From NCBI RefSeq assembly GCF_001017655.1, contig NZ_CP010904.1, positions 1,740,001-1,772,000 on the forward strand: a stretch of 32,000 nt of DNA. The letters run 5' to 3'. Positions within the stretch are counted from its first letter, which is position 1. Each line of letters opens with the position of its first letter. Under the pieces are notes generated by a model. That model saw only the letters and a list, made by a program, of their open reading frames with translations. It was not told the DNA's origin and did not search any database. This DNA is from Kiritimatiella glycovorans (lineage in GTDB: Bacteria > Verrucomicrobiota > Kiritimatiellia > Kiritimatiellales > Kiritimatiellaceae). Made by a program: the position numbers and the translations under genes. Positions 16,144-23,544 of this stretch are shown piece by piece.

Positions 16144-18675
16144 ATGAACCGGATCACGCGACGATCGTTCAATGCCGGAGCCCTCACGCTGCCCGCGCTC
16201 GCTGCGGCGGTGTCGGACGAACGCGGTCGTCGGCCTAACATCCTCTGGATCACGGCGGAGGACATGGGTCCTCATCTCGGAGCGTACGGGGACGCCTGCG
16301 CGAAGACGCCCCGGCTCGACCGCCTCGCCGGGGAGGGCATGCTGTTTCTGCGCTGTTTCAGCAATGCGCCGGTCTGCGGGCCGGCGCGCTCCACACTCAT
16401 TACCGGCCGCTATCCGCCGTCGCTCGGAAGCCAGAACATGCGCACCCGCGTTCCGTTCGCCGGACGCACCTTCAGCGGAATGCTTCGCGAACACGGCTAC
16501 TACTGCTCCAACCATCATAAGGAGGATTACCACTTCCCCACCCCGCCGGAGGCGTGGGACGACAGTTCGCGCGAAGCGTCGTATCGGAACCGGCCCCCGG
16601 GCACACCCTTCTTCAGCGTCTTCAACTACGTCTGTACCCACGAGAGCCGGTTCCGCTACCATGCGGTGCAGGGCGGCCCGCTGCCGTACCACCATCCGGA
16701 CGAGGCCCCGCTCCGCCCCTACCATCCGGATGTGCCCGCCGCCCGGCGCGATACGGCCGCCTACTACCACAAGATCGCCGAACTCGACGGCAAAGTCGGC
16801 GCGCTCCTCGATCAACTTAAACACGACGGACTCTATGAAGACACGATCATCTTTTTTTTCGGCGACCACGGCGAGGGATTGCAGCGCGGTAAGCGCTGGC
16901 TGTACGACTCCGGTCTGCACACTTCGCTGATCGTGCGCATCCCGGAGCGCTATCGTGCCGCGGTGCCCGCGTACCGGCCCGGCGCGAAAAACGGGAACCT
17001 GGTTTCGTTCGTCGATTTCGCACCCACCGTCCTGAAACTGGCCGGGATCGAACCGCCGGCGGAGATGGAAGGAACAAACTTCCTCGCCGCGGAGACCCGC
17101 CCGACCTCGTTCGGCTACCGCGACCGCACGGAGGAAATAATCCGGATCAGCCGCTCGGTGCGCGACCGGCGCTACCGGTACATCCGCAACTTGCTTCCGT
17201 TCAGTCCGCAGAGCCGGATGCATCACGGCACCGACAAGATGCCGACGATGCAGGCGCTCTGGGCGCGTCACCTTGCCGGGACCCTGACGCCGGAGGAGGC
17301 GCGCTATTTCAGCATAACGCCGGTCGAAGAACTCTACGACTGCGAAGCCGATCCCCACCAGGTACGCAATCTCGCCGCCGATCCCGCCCGGCGCGAGCAG
17401 CTCGACGTGCTGCGGCGCGAAGTCTTCGACTGGATGATCGAACACCGGGATCTCGGTGTCGTCCCGGAATACGAGCTGATGCGCTGGTGTGAAACCAGGG
17501 ACGCGGATCCGACCCGGTTCTTCGCGGGCCGCGCGAAGGAACATCGCGCGCTGGTCGAACTGGCCTTCGCCGCCTCCGGGGGCAGCCCCCGGGAGGCGGA
17601 GAGATTCGGCAGGGCGCTCGATCACCGCGAACCGTGCTTCCGCTACTGGGCCTGTCTCGGCGCCTATGCGCTGACCGACCGGGAGCGGGCCGCGCCCTTG
17701 AAAAGCCGGCTCGAATTCAGGCTGACCGACGACTCGCCGGTGGTGCGCAGTACGGCCGCCGTCGCCCTGCTGAAAGACCACCCGGGCCATGAACACGCGC
17801 TCCGGGTCCTGCGCGTCTCGCTGCACAGCGAGGAAGATCCGCACGCGCTGCTCTGGACCGCCGACGTCCTGCGCTGGCCCGGCCACACCGCCCTTTCGAG
17901 ATTGAACGACGTCGTGCGCGCCCGTTATCGAAAGCAGAAGACGGTGACGTACCCGGACGAGTTCGCTTCGATGACTACCTATGTGCGCGACGCGCTGGGT
18001 GCGCTGTGGATCCGCATGACCCATGGCGCACCGCTGCCGTGGCTGGCGTTCCGCGGAAGCTCCGGGCCGTCGTTCCAGGACCGCTTCGATCGCGGCGATA
18101 CCCTGCCCGTCGCGTGGTTTGAAGAGGGGCACCCGCTGGGCGCACCGTGGCAGATCGTCTCCGGCGAGTGGGCCGTCCGAAACCGGGAACTCGCCGTGGC
18201 CCGGACGGATCGGCCGCCTTCGCTCGTGCTCGCGGACACCACCGGCGTGGCTCCTTCCGAGCCGTTCCGCGTGGAGGCGGAGGTCCATCTCAAACGCCGC
18301 GGCGCGATGGCGGGACTCGTCTTCGGCGCCACATCCCCGGATGACTTCTACGTATGCCGTTTCTGGAAGAACGCCCCTGACCGGGCGGTGTTCCAGGTGC
18401 TGCGGATGCGCCGGGCTCGGGATCTGCAACAGGTCGTCTCCACCGAACCCTTTTCTTTCGAGGGCGAAACGCTTCGCTGTACCGCGACGAACGAAAGCGG
18501 CCAGTTGCGTTACCGGGTGATCGACCCGAACGGCACGACGTTGCTGGTGGGGCATACGGCGCTCACAATGCCCGCAGGTCGTTCCTGGTCAGGGCTCTAC
18601 CAGATCATGTCTGAGGAGCTGTCATTTTCCCGGTTCAGATTTGCACGGGGACGGGACGTTAGAGGGACTGTGTAA
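16144..18675 (+). CDS. Sulfatase (Cys-type, Tat-like leader) fused to a ~370-aa C-terminal extension (HEAT-like helical region + LamG/DUF1080-like beta-sandwich)
   Basis: TRRSFNAGALTLPALAAA is the leader. ILWITAEDMGPHLGAYGD...TPRLDRL...APVCGPARSTLITGR contains CxPxR, and FFGDHGEG is present. The C-terminus has DSPVVRSTAAVALLK (HEAT-like), then WQIVSGEWAVRNRELA...AGLVFGATSPDDFYVCRF, which resembles DUF1080/LamG. Confidence 0.85.
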   Translation: MNRITRRSFNAGALTLPALAAAVSDERGRRPNILWITAEDMGPHLGAYGDACAKTPRLDRLAGEGMLFLRCFSNAPVCGPARSTLITGRYPPSLGSQNMRTRVPFAGRTFSGMLREHGYYCSNHHKEDYHFPTPPEAWDDSSREASYRNRPPGTPFFSVFNYVCTHESRFRYHAVQGGPLPYHHPDEAPLRPYHPDVPAARRDTAAYYHKIAELDGKVGALLDQLKHDGLYEDTIIFFFGDHGEGLQRGKRWLYDSGLHTSLIVRIPERYRAAVPAYRPGAKNGNLVSFVDFAPTVLKLAGIEPPAEMEGTNFLAAETRPTSFGYRDRTEEIIRISRSVRDRRYRYIRNLLPFSPQSRMHHGTDKMPTMQALWARHLAGTLTPEEARYFSITPVEELYDCEADPHQVRNLAADPARREQLDVLRREVFDWMIEHRDLGVVPEYELMRWCETRDADPTRFFAGRAKEHRALVELAFAASGGSPREAERFGRALDHREPCFRYWACLGAYALTDRERAAPLKSRLEFRLTDDSPVVRSTAAVALLKDHPGHEHALRVLRVSLHSEEDPHALLWTADVLRWPGHTALSRLNDVVRARYRKQKTVTYPDEFASMTTYVRDALGALWIRMTHGAPLPWLAFRGSSGPSFQDRFDRGDTLPVAWFEEGHPLGAPWQIVSGEWAVRNRELAVARTDRPPSLVLADTTGVAPSEPFRVEAEVHLKRRGAMAGLVFGATSPDDFYVCRFWKNAPDRAVFQVLRMRRARDLQQVVSTEPFSFEGETLRCTATNESGQLRYRVIDPNGTTLLVGHTALTMPAGRSWSGLYQIMSEELSFSRFRFARGRDVRGTV

Positions 18676-18693
18676 AACCGAGGTACGACTCCC

Positions 18694-20121
18694 ATGAAAG
18701 AGACGATCAGCCGAAGAAGCTTTCTGACCCGAGCCCTGACTTTGCCCGCGCTCTACGCGGTCTCCGGCGAAGCCGCCGCGCAGTTCGAACTGCGCGGGAA
18801 GCGACCCCACATCCTGCTGATCACGACCGACGACCAGGGGACGACGCTGGGTTGTTACGGCGACCCCCTGGGGCGCACGCCGAACATGGACCGGCTGGCG
18901 GCGGAAGGGATGCGATTCACCCGCGCCTACGTGACGCACGCTTCGTGCAGCCCCTCGCGCAGTTCAATACTCACGGGGCTCTACCCGCACCAGAACGGTC
19001 AGATCGGTCTCGCCGGTGCGCATCCCGAATACGGCGTCAAACGCAACATCCCCACGCTCCCCGGAATCCTCAAGGAATCGGGATACTACAACGGCATCAT
19101 CGGGAAACTGCATGTCACCCCGCAGGAGATCTTCCCGTTCGATTTCGAATGGTGGAAACATCAGGCCCTGAAGACGCGCGACGTGCGCGAGGTCGCGCGG
19201 CGCGCGGCGATGTTTTTCGACGAAGCGGGCGATCGCCCCTTTTTCCTGTATGTCAATTACTTCGATCCGCATCGGCCGTACAACGAGGAGGCCAACCAGT
19301 ACATGGGTCTGCCCGAGGACCCGTACACGCCGGAGGAGGTCGAGCCCTTCCCCTACCTGCACGCCGATGGCGACCGGGTGCGCCGGGAGGTCGCCGGTTA
19401 CTACAACGCCCAGCGCAGGGCGGATGCCGGTCTGGGCATGCTCCTCGAAACATTGCGGGAGGCCGGACACGAAGAGGATACGCTCATCATCTTTCTCGGC
19501 GATCACGGCGTTCCCTTCGTTCGCGCCAAGACCACCTGTTACGAGGCCGGCGAGGAGGTACCCTTCCTCGTGCGCTGGCCCGGCGTAATCCGTCCCGGAC
19601 AGGTCAACCACGATTTTATCTCCTCGGTCGATATCCTGCCCACGATCCTGGACGCAGCCGGCATCGCACCGCCGGCGCACCGGGCGGGCCGTTCGCTCAT
19701 CCCGCTGCTCACGGGATCCACCCCGGCGGACTGGCGCAAGACGCTCTATGGGGAATACACCGCCCATGCCGCGCAGCACTTCTATCCCCGCCGTTCGATC
19801 CGCGACCGGCGTTACAAGCTGATCCGGAATCTCGATCACACGCGCCCCAATCCCGTGCCGCAGATCGGACCGGTCGGGATCAAGTTCGCCGAGGACGACG
19901 AGACGCGGCAGGCGTACGAGACGAGCATGCATCCGCCCGAATTCGAGTTGTATGATCTCTCGAAGGACCCGCACGAGATGCATAACCTCGCGGGCAATCC
20001 GGAGATGAAACCGGTACTGGAGCGGATGAAGGCCGAACTGCAGCGGAGGCGGGAAGAAACCGACGACCCGCTGCTCGACCCTGAAGAACTCGTTCGGCTC
20101 AAAGCCGCACATGACCTGTAA
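18694..20121 (+). CDS. Sulfatase, N-sulfoglucosamine sulfohydrolase (SGSH/heparan N-sulfatase)-like, Tat-like leader
   Basis: SRRSFLTRALTLPALYA is the leader. ILLITTDDQG...TPNMDRLAAEGMRFTRAYVTHASCSPSRSSILTGLYPHQNGQIGL closely parallels the human SGSH active-site stretch ([23 protein letters not shown]), recalled from memory. FLGDHG is present. Confidence 0.88.
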   Translation: MKETISRRSFLTRALTLPALYAVSGEAAAQFELRGKRPHILLITTDDQGTTLGCYGDPLGRTPNMDRLAAEGMRFTRAYVTHASCSPSRSSILTGLYPHQNGQIGLAGAHPEYGVKRNIPTLPGILKESGYYNGIIGKLHVTPQEIFPFDFEWWKHQALKTRDVREVARRAAMFFDEAGDRPFFLYVNYFDPHRPYNEEANQYMGLPEDPYTPEEVEPFPYLHADGDRVRREVAGYYNAQRRADAGLGMLLETLREAGHEEDTLIIFLGDHGVPFVRAKTTCYEAGEEVPFLVRWPGVIRPGQVNHDFISSVDILPTILDAAGIAPPAHRAGRSLIPLLTGSTPADWRKTLYGEYTAHAAQHFYPRRSIRDRRYKLIRNLDHTRPNPVPQIGPVGIKFAEDDETRQAYETSMHPPEFELYDLSKDPHEMHNLAGNPEMKPVLERMKAELQRRREETDDPLLDPEELVRLKAAHDL

Positions 20122-20133
20122 AAGGAGCAGACG

Positions 20134-21636
20134 ATGAAAAGACGTGATTTTATTTCGGCACTGGCGGGATCGGTGGTCATGGGCTCATGGGCGGCGGGGG
20201 CGGCGCGCCGATCCAGGCCGAATGTGCTGTTTCTCTGCGTGGACGATCTGCGTCCGATGCTCGGCTGTTACGGCCATGATTTCATGAAGACGCCGAACAT
20301 CGACCGGCTGGCGGCGCAGGGGATGGTTTTCGACCGCTCGTACGCGCAGTTCTCGATCTGCGGCCCCTCGCGCGCGAGCATGCTCACCGGCCTGCGTCCG
20401 GAGCACCACGGGATGCAGGACAACGCCGTCTCGCTGCGAGGCGTGTCACCCGACATCCTGACCCTGCCCCAGCACTTCCGCCTGCACGGATACCGCACCG
20501 TCGGCATGGGCAAGATCTTCCATCACGGCGGGGGGGGCGACGAACGCTCATGGGACGAGTGGAAGGCCTTTACCGGACGCGGCTACTTCGACCCCGAAAA
20601 CCTCGCCGAACAGAAGCGCAGGCGGAAAGAAGTGCAGAATCGGATCGATGCCGGCGAGGATTTATCGCCACACCAGCGCTTTGCCCTGACCGTCGGCCCG
20701 TGCACCGAAGCGTATGATGCGCCGGAAGAAAAATATCCCGATGGAGTCATCGGGCGGATGGCGGTCGAAAGCCTGCACGAACTCGCCGGAGAAGAGCAGC
20801 CGTTCTTCCTGGCCGCCGGTTTCCTGAAACCCCACCTCCCACTGATCGCGCCGAAGCGCTACTGGAATCTCTACGACCGCGCCTCGCTTCCGCTCACGCT
20901 TATGGAGAACCCCGCGGGAGCACCCGACTTCCACCCGCACAACGCCTATGAACTGCGCATGTACCACGACGTTCCAAACGCCGGCCCCCTGCCCGAAAAG
21001 CTCCGGCGCAGGGTGATGCACGGCTACTGCGCCTGCACGTCATTTATCGACGCGCAGGTCGGACGCATTCTCCGTACGCTGGATGAACTGAAGCTATCAC
21101 GTGACACCGTCATCGTGCTGTGGGGAGACCACGGCTTTCACCTCGGCGAAGTCGGCGTCTACTGCAAGGACACCAACTACGAGACCTCCCTGCGCTGTCC
21201 GCTGATCGTGCGGGTGCCGGGGATGGAGACGGCGGGGCGGCACAGCGACGCGCTGACCGAGGCGGTCGATATTGCGCCCACGCTCTGCGAACTGGCGGGC
21301 CTGCCGCCGCCCGGCCGCGCGGACGGCATGAGTCTCACGCCGCTGCTCTACGACCTCGATCTGCCGTGGAAAAACGCCGTCTACGCCATGAACCGCCGCG
21401 CGTGGCAGCATCCGTACACCGGACAATCCGTCCGCACCGACCGCTACCGCTATATCCGCTGGATCGACGAAGATGGATCGACGAAAGCCGAGGAGCTTTA
21501 CGATTATCGCGACGAACCACTGGAGACGCGGAACCGGGTTGATGATCCGGAATATCGGGACGCGTTGGAGCGCCTGCGTCCCATGTACGACCGGATGCTG
21601 CAACGTGCGGGAAGGGCAGACCGTGGGAGGGGGTAA
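20134..21636 (+). CDS. Sulfatase, iduronate-2-sulfatase (IDS)-like, Tat-like leader
   Basis: KRRDFISALAG is the leader. NVLFLCVDDLRPMLGCYGHDFMKTPNIDRLAAQGMVFDRSYAQFSICGPSRASMLTGLRP parallels human IDS (NVLLIIVDDLRPSLGCYGD...SPNIDQLA...QQAVCAPSRVSFLTGRRP), recalled from memory. WGDHGFHLGE is present. Confidence 0.88.
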   Translation: MKRRDFISALAGSVVMGSWAAGAARRSRPNVLFLCVDDLRPMLGCYGHDFMKTPNIDRLAAQGMVFDRSYAQFSICGPSRASMLTGLRPEHHGMQDNAVSLRGVSPDILTLPQHFRLHGYRTVGMGKIFHHGGGGDERSWDEWKAFTGRGYFDPENLAEQKRRRKEVQNRIDAGEDLSPHQRFALTVGPCTEAYDAPEEKYPDGVIGRMAVESLHELAGEEQPFFLAAGFLKPHLPLIAPKRYWNLYDRASLPLTLMENPAGAPDFHPHNAYELRMYHDVPNAGPLPEKLRRRVMHGYCACTSFIDAQVGRILRTLDELKLSRDTVIVLWGDHGFHLGEVGVYCKDTNYETSLRCPLIVRVPGMETAGRHSDALTEAVDIAPTLCELAGLPPPGRADGMSLTPLLYDLDLPWKNAVYAMNRRAWQHPYTGQSVRTDRYRYIRWIDEDGSTKAEELYDYRDEPLETRNRVDDPEYRDALERLRPMYDRMLQRAGRADRGRG

Positions 21637-21661
21637 AGACCATATCAGTACAAAGCCCCCC

Positions 21662-21709
21662 GCTAATCCCATTCTGTTATCCGTGCCCTTCGTAATCCGT
21701 ATTAATCCT
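21662..21709 (+). promoter_or_regulatory. Cluster of T(A/T)ATCC boxes that includes a 16-nt copy of the intron 5'-exon flank
   Basis: The boxes are TAATCC (21664), TTATCCGT (21677-21684), TAATCCGT (21693-21700) and TAATCC (21703). The cluster lies in the 205-nt gap upstream of the CBM/SGNH gene. Confidence 0.35.
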
Positions 21710-21841
21710 GAAGTTACGGCCGTGGCCGCCATGCCGGGTGTCATTCGCTGTGGAATTCATGAAGTAAAATAAGCGGAACGGTATAAGGTACGGGCGTTGC
21801 CGATTATAGTATGGCCGTTCGTATAGTTCGGGAGGAGACAG

Positions 21842-23461
21842 ATGGGCTGGCGCAGAATTGTCATCAGCGGAGTGCTCCTGACGGGGCTGGCGGCGGTGGC
21901 CGGCGAACGTCCGCCCCGCACGGTACTCGGGCCCTGCGCGGATACGGAAATCCGCGGCGGGGCGTACGCCGCACGACATTTCGGAAATGCGCGCGAACTT
22001 TGGGTTCAGCGCGGAAATGCGGCGGAGGAGCAGCGCTCCATCCTGCTGCGCTACGACCTCTCCACCCTTGCGCAGACCTCGACGGCGAGCGCCAGGATCT
22101 GGTTTAAGGGAACCGCGGAGGGCACGGGATCAAACCCCTCGTTCTCCGTGTACGCCATCGATTCGGAATGGGGCGAGTCGTCGGTCACCTTCGATACGGA
22201 ACCGCGAAAACTCGAACGGGTGGCCGTGACCACCATCAGGCCGGATACTTCGGGGCCGGTCCCTTTTGATCTCACGGATTACGTGACCCGTCATCTCGAC
22301 CGCACGGAACTCTCTTTTCTGATCGAAATGCGCAGCGCTCCCGGATTCTCCCGCCCGGTGCACTTCGGTTCGAAAGAGGCCGGCGGCGACCGCGCATGGC
22401 TGGCGATCGCAGAAGAACCCCGCCCGCGCTACGGGTTCGCGGCCGCAATGCGTCCCCTCTGGTCCAACCCCGTCATTCACCGGGAAACAGCCCTCCCCCT
22501 TTCGAAGGAGGGCCAGGCACCCCGGGCGCGCCTGGCCTTCCGCCCCGAACGCATCCTCCGGGTGGAGGATTACGCCCTCACCCGCACCTACGAAGAGGGA
22601 AAGGATTTCCGCGTGGATGGGCGCCATTTAATCGTGCGGCCCGGGAGCGACATGCCGGTGACCCTCCGACGCGAACTCTTTCCGGACAGCCCCGACGCGA
22701 AGCCGGGCGTGATGAAGCGGCGGGACGGCGGATACCTCGCGTTTTCCGAATCCTCATGGTTCAACGATCGGCAGATACGAGTCACCTACCGGCGCGGGGA
22801 ACCATGGCGCGGACCGGTACCGGAATATGGCGGCGACAGGCTGCCGCGCACGACCGGCCGGCTGCGGGCGGGCGCGCCGCTTAAGATCGTGCTCTTCGGC
22901 GACAGCATCGCGGTGGGCGCCTCCGCCAGCGCCAAAGCCGCCCGTCCGCCGTACATGCCCTCGTGGGGACGCCTGCTCGCGGAACAGCTGCGCCGCGAGA
23001 CGGCTTCCTCCATCGAGCTCATCAACCCCTCGCTGGGCGGAATGACCTCGGCGTGGGGGGCGAAGACGGTCGACGGACTGGTCGCGCACGAGCGACCGGA
23101 TCTGTGCATTCTCGCCTTCGGCATGAACGATGGCGGTCATGTGCCGGTCGAACGCTACATCGAAAACACGAAGGCAACCATACGCGCCATCCGGACTCAG
23201 AATCCGGACGCTGAGTTCATCCTGGTTATGTCGATGTTACCCAACGAGCAATGGCGCGCGCTGGAGCCCATGCGCGGCTATCTTCCCGCATTGAAGCAAC
23301 TCAAAGGCGACGGCGTGGCGGTAGCCGACCTGTGGTCGCTGCACGCCTACCTGCTCCGGAACAAGATCTACGCGGACATGACCGGAAACCACGTCAATCA
23401 CCCCAACGACTTTCTCGTGCGGCTCTACGCCCAGACGCTCGCGACTATGCTGATTGAATGA
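21842..23461 (+). CDS. Exported two-domain protein: N-terminal DNRLRE/CBM-like beta-sandwich + C-terminal SGNH/GDSL hydrolase (putative carbohydrate esterase)
   Basis: A signal peptide is followed by DTEIRGG...FGNARELWVQRG...RSILLRYDLS...YAIDSEWGESSVTFDT (DNRLRE-like). SGNH blocks follow: VLFGDSIAVG (block I Ser), GGMTS (II), FGMNDG (III) and NHPND (V, His). GGGAGGAG RBS. Confidence 0.7.
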   Translation: MGWRRIVISGVLLTGLAAVAGERPPRTVLGPCADTEIRGGAYAARHFGNARELWVQRGNAAEEQRSILLRYDLSTLAQTSTASARIWFKGTAEGTGSNPSFSVYAIDSEWGESSVTFDTEPRKLERVAVTTIRPDTSGPVPFDLTDYVTRHLDRTELSFLIEMRSAPGFSRPVHFGSKEAGGDRAWLAIAEEPRPRYGFAAAMRPLWSNPVIHRETALPLSKEGQAPRARLAFRPERILRVEDYALTRTYEEGKDFRVDGRHLIVRPGSDMPVTLRRELFPDSPDAKPGVMKRRDGGYLAFSESSWFNDRQIRVTYRRGEPWRGPVPEYGGDRLPRTTGRLRAGAPLKIVLFGDSIAVGASASAKAARPPYMPSWGRLLAEQLRRETASSIELINPSLGGMTSAWGAKTVDGLVAHERPDLCILAFGMNDGGHVPVERYIENTKATIRAIRTQNPDAEFILVMSMLPNEQWRALEPMRGYLPALKQLKGDGVAVADLWSLHAYLLRNKIYADMTGNHVNHPNDFLVRLYAQTLATMLIE

Positions 23462-23544
23462 GCTTAAGCTGGATTATTCACTGCAAATGGTTTAGTCCCG
23501 CGCCTATCGAAGAAACAGCCCCGGCTCAAAACAGGATAATACCC

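Noticed and set aside
15964-18555. 863-aa - strand ORF
   Set aside because: It is antisense to the 843-aa sulfatase, which has the CxPxR signature. It is Arg/Gly/Ala-rich with no motif, so it is a shadow ORF.
20530-20537. G8 homopolymer inside the IDS-like sulfatase (encoding GGGG) and T8 inside the 16144 sulfatase (16852-16859, FFF) as phase-variation tracts
   Set aside because: Both are in frame and encode plausible or conserved residues. The tracts are short, and one window gives no evidence of length variation. They are noted only as possible sequencing-error hotspots.
21637-21841. tRNA, small RNA or small ORF in the 205-nt gap, and in the other gaps 9088-9364, 13770-13880 and 15978-16143; also CRISPR arrays anywhere in the window
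   Set aside because: By eye I found no cloverleaf-compatible sequence (no GTTCRANYC T-loop), no regularly spaced direct repeats and no convincing RBS-preceded small ORF. The 99-aa ORF at 21473..21772 overlaps the sulfatase 3' end out of frame.
23458-23544. ATGA-coupled start at 23458 for the GH42-like gene
   Set aside because: The 87-nt extension is markedly AT-richer than coding DNA here. It would also place 29 residues in front of an otherwise canonical signal peptide that starts at the ATG at 23545.
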